Assembly (NCBI RefSeq): GCF_009914755.1
Contig: NC_060940.1
Strand: one strand, 5' to 3'
DNA length: 64,000 bases
DNA from: the human T2T-CHM13v2.0 reference genome, Homo sapiens
The notes beneath the pieces were generated by a model that ran no database searches, was not told the DNA's origin, and was given only the letters and a program-made list of their open reading frames with translations. Each line of letters opens with the position of its first letter. The first letter of the stretch is position 1. Made by a program: the position numbers and the translations under genes. Shown piece by piece: positions 43,601 to 57,200 of this stretch.

Positions 43601-46600
43601 TTCTCTTCGATGGTGATTCAATTCTATTATATTGGATGATTCCATTCGATTCCATTTGATGTTGATTCAATTCGATTCTATTCGATGATGATTCCATTGG
43701 ATTTCACTTGATGATTCTATTCGATTCCATTCAATGATGATTCACTTCTCGTCCATTGGATGATTCCATTTCATTCCATTCGATGATGATTCCATTCGAT
43801 TCCATTCGATGATTCCATTTGATTCCATGCGACGGTGAGCAATTCGATTCAATTCCATGATGATTCTATTTGATTCAATTAGATGATGTTTCCATTCGAA
43901 TCCATTCCATGATTATTCCATTGGAATCCATTCGGCGATGATTCCATATGAGTCAATTCAATGATGATTCCATATGGGTCCGTTCGATGATAATTCCATT
44001 TGATTTCATTCGATGCTTCTATTCTATTCCAGTCGATGATGATTCCATTGGAGTCCATACGATGATTCCATTTGATTTCATTTGATGATGATTCCATTCG
44101 ATGATGATTACATTGGATTCCATTCTATGATTCCATTCAATTCCATTCGTTGATGATTCGATTCCATTCAATGATGATTCCATTTGAGTTCATTCGATGA
44201 TTCTATTCGATTCCGTTCGATGGTGACTCAATTCTATTATACTGGATGATACCAGTCGATTCCATTTGATGATTATTCCATTGGAGTCCATTTAGTGAAT
44301 CCTTTAGATTCTACTCGACGATGATTCCATTCGAGTCCATTCGATGATACCATTCAATTCCATTCGTTGATGCTTCCATTCAAGTGCATTCGATGATATC
44401 ATTCGATTCCATTTGATGATAATTCCATTTGATTCCATGCGATGATTCTATTCGATTCCATTCAATGATAATTCCATTCAATTCAGTGATTCCTCTGGAC
44501 TCCATTTGATGATGATTCCATTCAATGATTCCATTCGATTCTATTCGAAAATGATTCCATTTGAATCCATTTGATGATGATTCCATTAGATTCCATTTGA
44601 TGATTCCATTCGATTCCATTCGACGATGATTCCATTCGATTCCGTTTGATGATTCCATTCTATTCTATTCGATGATGATTCCATTCGATTCCATTCGATG
44701 ATGATTGGATTCGATTCCATTGGATGATTTCATTTGATTCCATTCGTTAATGATTTCGATCAATTCCATTCGATGATTCCATTCGATTCCATTCGATAAT
44801 GATTACATCCGAGTCCATTCGATGATTCCATTTTAGCCTGTTCGATAATTCCATTTGAGTCCAACCAATGATTCCATTCATTTCCATTCAATGATTCCAT
44901 TCGAGTCCATTTGATCATTCCGGTAGGGTCCATTCGATGTTGATTCCATTGGAGTGCATTCGATGATTCCATTCGAGTCCATTTTAGGATTTGATTCGAG
45001 TCCTTTCGATGATTCCATTCGATTCCACTCGATGATGATTTCATTCGAGTCCATTCGACACTTCCAATCGATTCCATTTGATGATTCCATTCGAGTCCAA
45101 TTGATGATTCCATTCAATTCCATTCGATGATGATTCCGTACGATACCATTCTGTGATGATTCCATGTGATTGCATTCAATGATGATTCCTTTCGATTGCA
45201 TTCGATTATGATTCATTTCGTGTTCATTCTATGGTTCCACAGGTTTCCATTCGTGTCCATTCCATTATTCCATTCTATTCCATTTGATGATGATTCCATT
45301 CGATTCCATTCATTGGTGATTCCACTCAATTCCATTCAATGATTCCATTCCATTTCTTTCAACAATGATTCCATTAGTTTCTAATCGATGATCCACTTGA
45401 TTCCATTTGACGACGATTCCATTCTTGTCCATTCGATGATTCCATTTGATTCCATATGATGATGATTCCATTCGATTCCATACCATGATGATTCCATTCG
45501 AGTCCATTCAATGGTGATTCCATTCAATTCCATTCGATGATTCCTTTTGATTCCATTCGATGATGATGGCATTCGATTCCTTTCAATCATTCCCTTTGAT
45601 TCCATTCAAAGGTGATTTCATTCAAGTCCATTCGATAATTGCATTCGATTCCATTCTATGATGATTCCATTCGAGTCCATTTGATGATTCCATTCAATTC
45701 AAGTCAATGATGATTCCATTCGATTCCATTCGATGATTCCATTGGATTCCATTCGATGATGATTCCATTCAAATCCTTTCGATAATTCAATTCAAGTCCA
45801 TTCGATGATGATTCCAATCGAATCCATTCAAAGATTCCATTCAGTTCCATTCGATGATTCCCTTAGATTCCATTCGATGATTCCACTTGATTGCATTTAC
45901 GATGATTCCATTCGATTCCATGTGATGATTCCATTCAATTCTATTCAATGATGTCTCCATTTGATTCCATTCGACCATGATTGCCTTTGATTCCATTCAA
46001 TGATTCCATTCGGTTCCGTTTGATGATGATTCCGTTCGATTCCATTTGATGATTCCATTTGATTCCATTGGATGGGTCCATTCGATTACATTCGATGATT
46101 ATTCCATTCGAGTGCATTAGATGATTCCATTCGAGTCCATTCGATGATTCCATTCGATTCCATTCGATGTTGATTCTGTTCAAATCCATTCGATGATTCC
46201 ACTCGATTCCATTCGTTGACTCCATTTGATCCCATTCGATGATTTCCTTTGATTCCCTTTGATGATCATTCCATTTGATTCAATTCGGTGATTTCATTTG
46301 ATTCCATTCAGTGATGTTTCCATTCGACTCCATTCGATGATGATTCCATTCGACTCCATTCGATTATGATTTCATTCAATTCCATTCGATAATGATTCCC
46401 TGCGAGTCTATTCGATGATTCCATTCGATTCCATTCAACGATGATTTGATTCGTGTCCATTCGATGATTCCATTTGATTCCACTTGATGATGATTCCATT
46501 CGAGCCCATTTGATGATTCCATTCAATTCCATACTCCGATGATTTCTTTTGAGCCCACTCAATGCTTCCACTCGATTCCATATGATGATGACTCCATTCG

Positions 46601-48210
46601 ATGAAATTCGATGATGATTCCATTCGCTTGCTTTCGATGATGATTCCACTTGAGTCCGTTAGAAGATTCTATTCAATTACATTCCATGACGATTCCGTTC
46701 GAGTCCATTTGATGATTCCATTAGACTCCATTCGACGATGATTCCATTCGATGTTATTCGATGATTCCATTCGATCTCATTCGATGATGATTCCATTCAA
46801 CTCCATTCGATGTTTCCATTCGAGTTCATTCTATTATTCCATTAGATTCCATTCGATGATGATTCCATTCGATTCCATTTGATGATTGCATTCTATTTCA
46901 TTTGATGATGATTCCATTCGAGTCCACTCGATGATTCCATTCGAGTCCATTTAATGAATCCATTGGTTTCAATTCTATGATGATTACATTGGATTCCATT
47001 CGTTGATGATTTCATTCGGTTCCATTCAATGATGATTCCATTCAATTCCTTTCAATGTTTCCATTCAATTCCATACGATGATGATTCCATTTGATTTGAT
47101 TCGACAGTGAGCCATTCGATTCAATTCCATGATGATTCTATTTGATTCAATTGGTTGACATTTCCATTCGATTCCATTCGATGATGATTCCCTTTGATTC
47201 CGTTCAAAGATGATTCCATTCTAGCCCATTCAATCATTCCATTCGATTCTATTCAATGATGATTCCATTCATGTCGATTTGGTGATTCCATTTGACTTCA
47301 TTTGATGATGATTCCTTTCAAGTTCATTAGATGATTCCATTCGATTCCATTTGATGATGATCCCATTCGAGTCCATTCAGTGATTCCATTCATTTCCATT
47401 CCATGATGATTCCATTCCTTTCCATTCAATGATTCCATTCGATTCCGTTTGATGATGATTTCATTCGAGTCCATTTGATGATTCCATTTGATTCCATTCG
47501 ATGATGATTCCATTCGAGTCCATTCGATGATTCTATTCGAATCCATTTGATGATTTCTTTTGATTATATTTGGTGATGATTCCATTGGAGTCCATTCAAT
47601 GATTCCATTCTATTCCAATCGATGATGATTCCATTAGAGTCCATTTAATGATTCCATTTGATTCCAGTCTCTGATGATTACATTCGAGTCCATACGATGA
47701 TTCCACTCAATTCCATATGATGATGATTCCATTTGATTCCATTCGGTGATTCCATTCTATTCTATTCAATGGTGATTCCATTCGAGTACATTAGATGATT
47801 CCATTCGATTCCATTCAATGATGATTCTATTTGTGTCCCTTAGATGATTCCACATGATTCCATTAGATGATGATACTATTTGAGCCCATCCAATGATTCC
47901 CTTCGATTCCATTCGATGAGGATTCCATTCGATTCAATTCATTGGTGATTCTATTCAATTCAATTCTTTGATTCCATTCCATTCCATTCGACAATAATTC
48001 CATTCGATTTCTTTCGATGATTCCACTCGATTCCACTTGACATTGATTCCATTCGATTCCATTCAATGATTCCATTTGATTCCAGTGGATGATGATTGCC
48101 ATCGATTCCATTCGATCACTCCATTCTATTCCATTTGATGATGATTACATTCGATTCCATTTGATGATTCCATCTGATTCTATTCGAGGATTCCATTTGA
48201 TTCCATTCGA
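32189..48210 (+). repeat. 8,011-bp tandem duplication (32189-40199 / 40200-48210), out of HOR register
   Basis: Private variants recur at exactly +8011 throughout (ORFs 32312/40323, 32719/40730, 38297/46308, 39852/47863). The chimeric junction is at ~40200. Confidence 0.88.
37692..45702 (+). repeat. HOR unit 7, 8,011 bp (6,112 + 1,899; junction ~40200)
   Basis: At 40200 ...GAGGATTCCATTTGATTCCATTCGA joins TGATGTTTCCATTCGACTCC, which matches 38301. ORF ends 38638 and 40537 differ by 1,899. Confidence 0.92.
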
Positions 48211-51200
48211 TGATGATTCCATTCGAGTCCATTCGATGATTTCATTCGAGTACATCCAATGATTCCATTCGAGTCCATTAGATGATTCCATTTGATTCCA
48301 TTTGAAAATGATTCTACTAGAGTCCATTCAATGACTCCATTCGAGTCCATTCAACAATTCCATTCGACTCCATTCGATGATTCCATTCGATTCCATTTGA
48401 TGGTTCCATTCGAGTCCATTTAATCATTACAGTCGAGTCCATTTGGTGATTCCACTGGATTTCTTTTGATAATGATACCATTCAATTACATTTGATGATG
48501 ATCCCATTCAATTTCATTTGATGATGATTCCATTAGAGTCCATTCGATGATTTCATTCGAGTCCCTTCATTGATTCCATCCGATTTCATTGGATGATGAC
48601 TCCATTCGAGTCCATTCGATGATTCCACTCGATTCCATTAGATGACTCCATTGGAGCCCATTTGATTGTTCCATTCGATTCCATTCGATTCCTTTCGAAG
48701 ATTATTCCATTTGAGTCCATTCGATGATGATTCCATTCCATTCCATTTGATGATTCCGTTTGATTCCATTCGATGATTCCCTTCGATTCCTTTCTTTGAT
48801 GATTCCATTCCATTCCATTCAATGATTCCATTCGAATCTATTCCATGATGATTCCTTTCGATTCCATTCGCTGATGTTTCCGTTCAATTCCATTCGATGA
48901 TGATTCCATTCGATTCCATTCATTGAGGATTCCATTTGATTCCATTCAATGATGATTCCATTCTATTCCATTCAATGATTGCATTCAATTCCATTCAATG
49001 ATTATCCCCTTAGAGTAAACTCAACGATTCCATTCAATACCATTCGATGATGATTCCTTTTGAGTCCATTCAATGATTTCATTCAAGTCCATTTGATGAT
49101 TCCTTTCAATTCCATTCTATGATGATTCCATTCGAGTCCATTCGATGATTCCATTCGATTGCATTCGATGATTCCATTATATTCCATTCAACGGTGATTC
49201 CATTCGAGTCCATTCCATGATTCCATTAGAGTACATTTAATGATTGCTTTGTTTTCAATTCGAAGATGATTACATTGGATTCCATTCTATGATACCATTC
49301 GATTCCATTCAATGATGATTCCACTCAAATCCATTGGATGATTCCATTCGTGTCCATTCGGTGATTTCATTAGATTCCATTCGAGGATGATTCCATTCGA
49401 TTCCATTCGATGATTCCATTCAATTCCATTAGATGATGATTCCATTCCAGTCCATATGATCATTCCATTCAATTCCATACGATGATGATTCCATTTGATT
49501 TGATTCGACAGTGAGCCATTTGATTCAATTCCATGATGATTCTATTTGATTCAATTGGTTGACATTTCCATTCGATTCCATTCGATGATGATTCCCTTTG
49601 ATTCCGTTCAAAGATGATTCCATTCTAGCCCATTCAATCATTCCATTCGATTCTATTCAATGATGATTCCATTCATGTCGATTTGGTGATTCCATTTGAC
49701 TTCATTTGATGATGATTCCTTTCAAGTTCATTAGATGATTCCATTCGATTCCATTTGATGATGATCCCATTCGAGTCCATTCAGTGATTCCATTCATTTC
49801 CATTCCATGATGATTCCATTCCTTTCCATTCAATGATTCCATTCGATTCCGTTTGATGATGATTTCATTCGAGTCCATTTGATGATTCCATTTGATTCCA
49901 TTCGATGATGATTCCATTCGAGTCCATTCGATGATTCTATTCGAATCCATTTGATGATTTCTTTTGATTATATTTGGTGATGATTCCATTGGAGTCCATT
50001 CAATGATTCCATTCTATTCCAATCGATGATGATTCCATTAGAGTCCATTTAATGATTCCATTTGATTCCAGTCTCTGATGATTACATTCGAGTCCATACG
50101 ATGATTCCACTCAATTCCATATGATGATGATTCCATTTGATTCCATTCGGTGATTCCATTCTATTCTATTCAATGGTGATTCCATTCGAGTACATTAGAT
50201 GATTCCATTCGATTCCATTCAATGATGATTCTATTTGTGTCCCTTAGATGATTCCACATGATTCCATTACATGATGATACTATTTGAGCCCATCCAATGA
50301 TTCCCTTCGATTCCATTCGATGAGGATTCCATTCGATTCAATTCATTGGTGATTCTATTCAATTCAATTCTTTGATTCCATTCCATTCCATTCGACAATG
50401 ATTCCATTCGATTTCTTTCGATGATTCCACTCGATTCCACTTGACATTGATTCCATTCGATTCCATTCAATGATTCCATTTGATTCCAGTGGATGATGAT
50501 TGCCATCGATTCCATTCGATCACTCCATTCTATTCCATTTGATGATGATTACATTCGATTCCATTTGATGATTCCATCTGATTCTATTCGAGGATTCCAT
50601 TTGATTCCATTCGATGATGATTCCATTCGAGTCCATTCGATGATTTCATTCGAGTACATCCAATGATTCCATTCGAGTCCATTAGATGATTCCGTTTGAT
50701 TCCATTTGAAAATGATTCTACTAGAGTCCATTCAATGACTCCATTCGAGTCCATTCAACAATTCCATTCGACTCCATTCGATGATTCCATTCGATTCCAT
50801 TTGATGGTTCCATTCGAGTCCATTTAATCATTACAGTCGAGTCCGTTTGGTGATTCCACTGGATTTCTTTTGATAATGATACCATTCAATTACATTTGAT
50901 GATGATCCCATTCAATTTCATTTGATGATGATTCCATTAGAGTCCATTCGATGATTTCATTCGAGTCCCTTCATTGATTCCATCCGATTTCATTGGATGA
51001 TGACTCCATTCGAGTCCATTCGATGATTCCACTCGATTCCATTAGATGACTCCATTGGAGTCCATTTGATTGTTCCATTCGATTCCATTCGATTCCTTTC
51101 GAAGATTATTCCATTTGAGTCCATTCGATGATGATTCCATTCCATTCCATTCGATGATTCCGTTTGATTCCATTCGATGATTCCCTTCGATTCCTTTCTT

Positions 51201-54200
51201 TGATGATTCCATTCCATTCCATTCAATGATTCCATTCGAATCTATTCCATGATGATTCCTTTCGATTCCATTCGCTGATGTTTCCGTTCAATTCCATTCG
51301 ATGATGATTCCATTCGATTCCATTCATTGAGGATTCCATTTGATTCCATTCAATGATGATTCCATTCTATTCCATTCAATGATTTCATTCAATTCCATTC
51401 AATGATTATCCCCTTAGAGTAAACTCAACGATTCCATTCAATACCATTCGATGATGATTCCTTTTGAGTCCATTCAATGATTTCATTCAAGTCCATTTGA
51501 TGATTCCTTTCAATTCCATTCGATGATGATTCCATTCGAGTCCATTCGATGATTCCATTCGATTGCATTCGATGATTCCATTATATTCCATTCAACGGTG
51601 ATTCCATTCGAGTCCATTCCATGATTCCATTAGAGTACATTTAATGATTGCTTTGTTTTCAATTCGAAGATGATTGCATTGGATTCCATTCTATGATACC
51701 ATTCGATTCCATTCAATGATGATTCCACTCAAATCCATTGGATGATTCCATTCGTGTCCATTCGGTGATTTCATTAGATTCCATTCGAGGATGATTCCAT
51801 TCGATTCCATTCGATGATTCCATTCAATTCCATTCGATGATGATTCCATTCCAGTCCATATGATCATTCCATTTGATTTCATTCGATGATGATTCCATTC
51901 GATTCCATTCGACGATTCCATTCTATTCCATTCGATGATGATTCCATTCGAGTCCATTCGATCAATCCATTCGAGTCCATTTAATGATTCCATTGGGTTC
52001 AATTCAATGATGATTACATTGGATTCCGTTCTATGATTCCATTCAATTCCGTTCATTGACAATTTGATTCCATTCGATGATGATTCCATTTGAGTTCATT
52101 CGATGATTCTATTCGATTCTCTTCGATGGTGATTCAATTTTATTATATTGGATAATTCCATTCGATTCCATTTGATGTTGATTCAATTCGATTCTATTCG
52201 ATGATGATTCCATTGGATTTCACTTGATGATTCTATTCGATTCCATTCAATGATGATTCACTTCTCGTCCATTGGATGATTCCATTTCATTCCATTCGAT
52301 GATGATTCCATTTGATTCCATTCGTTGATTCCATTTGATTCCATGCGACGGTGAGCAATTCGATTCAATTCCATGATGATTCTATTTGATTCAATTAGAT
52401 GATGTTTCCATTCGAATCCATTCCATGATTATTCCATTGGAATCCATTCGGCGATGATTCCATATGAGTCAATTCAATGATCATTCCATATGGGTCCGTT
52501 CGATGATAATTCCATTTGATTTCATTCGATGCTTCTATTCTATTCCAGTCGATGATGATTCCGTTGGAGTCCATACGATGATTCCATTTGATTTCATTTG
52601 ATGATGATTCCATTCGATGATGATTACATTGGATTCCATTCTATGATTCCATTCAATTCCATTCGTTGATGATTCGATTCCATTCAATGATGATTCCATT
52701 TGAGTTCATTCGATGATTCTATTCGATTCCGTTCGATGGTGATTCAATTCTATTATATTGGATGATTCCACTCGATTCCATTTGATGATTATTCCATTGG
52801 AGTCCACTTAGTGAATCCTTTAGATTCTACTCGACGATGATTCCATTCGAGTCCATTCGATGATACCATTCAATTCCATTCGTTGATGCTTCCATTCAAG
52901 TGCATTCGATGATATCATTCGATTCCATTTGATGATAATTCCATTTGATTCCATGCGATGATTCTATTCGATTCCATTCAATGATAATTCCATTCAATTC
53001 AGTGATTCCTCTGGACTCCATTTGATGATGATTCCATTCAATGATTCCATTCGATTCTATTCGAAAATGATTCCATTTGAATCCATTTGATGATGATTCC
53101 ATTAGATTCCATTTGATGATTCCATTCGATTCCATTCGACGATGATTCCATTCGATTCCGTTTGATGATTCCATTCTATTCTATTCGATGATGATTCCAT
53201 TCGATTCCATTCGATGATGATTGGATTCGATTCCATTGGATGATTTCATTTGATTCCATTCGTTAATGATTTCGATCAATTCCATTCGATGATTCCATTC
53301 GATTCCATTCGATAATGATTACATCCGAGTCCATTCGATGATTCCCTTTGAGCCTGTTCGATAATTCCATTTGAGTCCAACCAATGATTCCATTCATTTC
53401 CATTCAATGATTCCATTCGAGTCCATTTGATCATTCCGGTAGGGTCCATTCGATGTTGATTCCATTGGAGTGCATTCGATGATTCCATTCGAGTCCATTT
53501 TAGGATTTGATTCGAGTCCTTTCGATGATTCCATTCGATTCCACTCGATGATGATTTCATTCGAGTCCATTCGACACTTCCAATCGATTCCATTTGATGA
53601 TTCCATTCGAGTCCAATTGATGATTCCATTCAATTCCATTCGATGATGATTCCGTACGATTCCATTCTGTGATGATTCCATGTGATTGCATTCAATGATG
53701 ATTCCTTTCGATTGCATTCGATTATGATTCATTTCGTGTTCATTCTATGGTTCCACAGGTTTCCATTCGTGTCCATTCCATTATTCCATTCTATTCCATT
53801 TGATGATGATTCCGTTCGATTCCATTCATTGGTGATTCCACTCAATTCCATTCAATGATTCCATTCCATTTCTTTCAACAATGATTCCATTAGTTTCTAA
53901 TCGATGATCCACTTGATTCCATTTGACGACGATTCCATTCTTGTCCATTCGATGATTCCATTTGATTCCATATGATGATGATTCCATTCGATTCCATACC
54001 ATGATGATTCCATTCGAGTCCATTCAATGGTGATTCCATTCAATTCCATTCGATGATTCCTTTTGATTCCATTCGATGATGATGGCATTCGATTCCTTTC
54101 AATCATTCCCTTTGATTCCATTCAAAGGTGATTTCATTCAAGTCCATTCGATAATTGCATTCGATTCCATTCTATGATGATTCCATTCGAGTCCATTTGA

Positions 54201-54218
54201 TGATTCCATTCAATTCAA
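45703..54218 (+). repeat. HOR unit 8, 8,516 bp (6,112 + 2,404; junction ~49463-49469)
   Basis: CCAGTCCATATGATCA-TTCCATT-CAATTCCATACG joins two HOR phases. ORFs 47298/49702, 47863/50267 and 48586/50990 are offset by 2,404, and ORF 49287..49478 is a truncated chimera. Confidence 0.92.
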
Positions 54219-57200
54219 GTCAATGATGATTCCATTCGATTCCGTTCGATGATTCCATTGGATTCCATTCGATGATGATTCCATTCAAATCCATTCGATA
54301 ATTCAATTCAAGTCCATTCGATGATGATTCCAATCGAATCCATTCAAAGATTCCATTCAGTTCCATTTGATGATTCCCTTAGATTCCATTCGATGATTCC
54401 ACTTGATTGCATTTACGATGATTCCATTCGATTCCATGTGATGATTCCATTCAATTCTATTCAATGATGTCTCCATTTGATTCCATTCGACCATGATTGC
54501 CTTTGATTCCATTCAATGATTCCATTCGGTTCCGTTTGATGATGATTCCGTTCGATTCCATTTGATGATTCCATTTGATTCCATTGGATGAGTCCATTCG
54601 ATTACATTCGATGATTATTCCATTCGAGTGCATTAGATGATTCCATTCGAGTCCATTCGATGATTCCATTCGATTCCATTCGATGTTGATTCTGTTCAAA
54701 TCCATTCGATGATTCCACTCGATTCCATTCGTTGACTCCATTTGATCCCATTCGATGATTTCCTTTGATTCCCTTTGATGATCATTCCATTTGATTCAAT
54801 TCGGTGATTTCATTTGATTCCATTCAGTGATGTTTCCATTCGACTCCATTCGATGATGATTCCATTCGACTCCATTCGATTATGATTTCATTCAATTCCA
54901 TTCGATAATGATTCCCTTCGAGTCCATTCGATGATTCCATTCGATTCCATTCAACAATGATTTGATTCGTGTCCATTCGATGATTCCATTTGATTCCACA
55001 TGATGATGATTCCATTCGAGTCCATTTGATGATTCCATTCAATTCCATACTCCGATGATTTCTTTTGAGCCCACTCAATGCTTCCACTCGATTCCATATG
55101 ATGATGACTCCATTCGATGAAATTCGATGATGATTCCATTCGCTTGCTTTCGATGATGATTCCACTTGAGTCCGTTAGAAGATTCTATTCAATTACATTC
55201 CATGACGATTCCGTTCGAGTCCATTTGATGATTCCATTAGACTCCATTCGACGATGATTCCATTCGATGTTATTCCATGATTCCATTCGATCTCATTCGA
55301 TGATGATTCCATTCAACTCCATTCGATGTTTCCATTCGAGTTCATTCTATTATTCCATTAGATTCCATTCGATGATGATTCCATTCGATTCCATTTGATG
55401 ATTGCATTCTATTTCATTTGATGATGATTCCATTCGAGTCCACTCGATGATTCCATTCGAGTCCATTTAATGAATCCATTGGTTTCAATTCTATGATGAT
55501 TACATTGGATTCCATTCGTTGATGATTTCATTCGGTTCCATTCAATGATGATTCCATTCAATTCCTTTCAATGTTTCCATTCAATTCCATACGATGATGA
55601 TTCCATTTGATTTGATTCGACAGTGAGCCATTCGATTCAATTCCATGATGATTCTATTTGATTCCATTGGTTGACATTTCCATTCGATTCCATTCGATGA
55701 TGATTCCCTTTGATTCCGTTCAAAGATGATTCCATTCTAGCCCATTCAATCATTCCATTCGATTCTATTCAATGATGATTCCATTCATGTCGATTTGGTG
55801 ATTCCATTTGACTTCATTTGATGATGATTCCTTTCAAGTTCATTAGATGATTCCATTCGATTCCATTTGATGATGATCCCATTCGAGTCCATTCAGTGAT
55901 TCCATTCGTTTCCATTCCATGATGATTCCATTCCTTTCCATTCAATGATTCCATTCGATTCCGTTTGATGATGATTTCATTCGAGTCCATTTGATGATTC
56001 CATTTGATTCCATTCGATGATGATTCCATTCGAGTCCATTCGATGATTCTATTCGAATCCATTTGATGATTTCTTTTGATTATATTTGGTGATGATTCCA
56101 TTGGAGTCCATTCAATGATTCCATTCGATTCCAATCGATGATGATTCCATTAGAGTCCATTTAATGATTCCACTTGATTCCAGTCTCTGATGATTACATT
56201 CGAGTCCATACGATGATTCCACTCAATTCCATATGATGATGATTCCATTTGATTCCATTCGGTGATTCCATTCTATTCTATTCAATGGTGATTCCATTCG
56301 AGTACATTAGATGATTCCATTCGATTCCATTCAATGATGATTCTATTTGTGTCCCTTAGATGATTCCACATGATTCCATTACATGATGATACTATTTGAG
56401 CCCATCCAATGATTCCCTTCGATTCCATTCGATGAGGATTCCATTCGATTCAGTTCATTGGTGATTCTATTCAATTCAATTCTTTGATTCCATTCCATTC
56501 CATTCGACAATGATTCCATTCGATTTCTTTCGATGATTCCACTCGATTCCACTTGACATTGATTCCCTTCGATTCCATTCAATGATTCCATTTGATTCCA
56601 GTGGATGATGATTGCCATCGATTCCATTCGATCACTCCATTCTATTCCATTTGATGATGATTACATTCGATTCCATTTGACGATTCCATCTGATTCTATT
56701 CGAGGATTCCATTTGATTCCATTCGATGATGATTCCATTCGAGTCCATTCGATGATTTCATTCGAGTACATCCAATGATTCCATTCGAGTCCATTAGATG
56801 ATTCCATTTGATTCCATTTGAAAATGATTCTACTAGAGTCCATTCAATGACTCCATTCGAGTCCATTCAACAATTCCATTCGACTCCATTCGATGATTCC
56901 ATTCGATTCCATTTGATGGTTCCATTCGAGTCCATTTAATCATTACAGTCGAGTCCATTTGGTGATTCCACTGGATTTCTTTTGATAATGATACCATTCA
57001 ATTACATTTGATGATGATCCCATTCAATTTCATTTGATGATGATTCCATTAGAGTCCATTCGATGATTTCATTCGAGTCCCTTCATTGATTCCATCCGAT
57101 TTCATTGGATGATGACTCCATTCGAGTCCATTCGATGATTCCACTCGATTCCATTAGATGACTCCATTGGAGTCCATTTGATTGTTCCATTCGATTCCAT

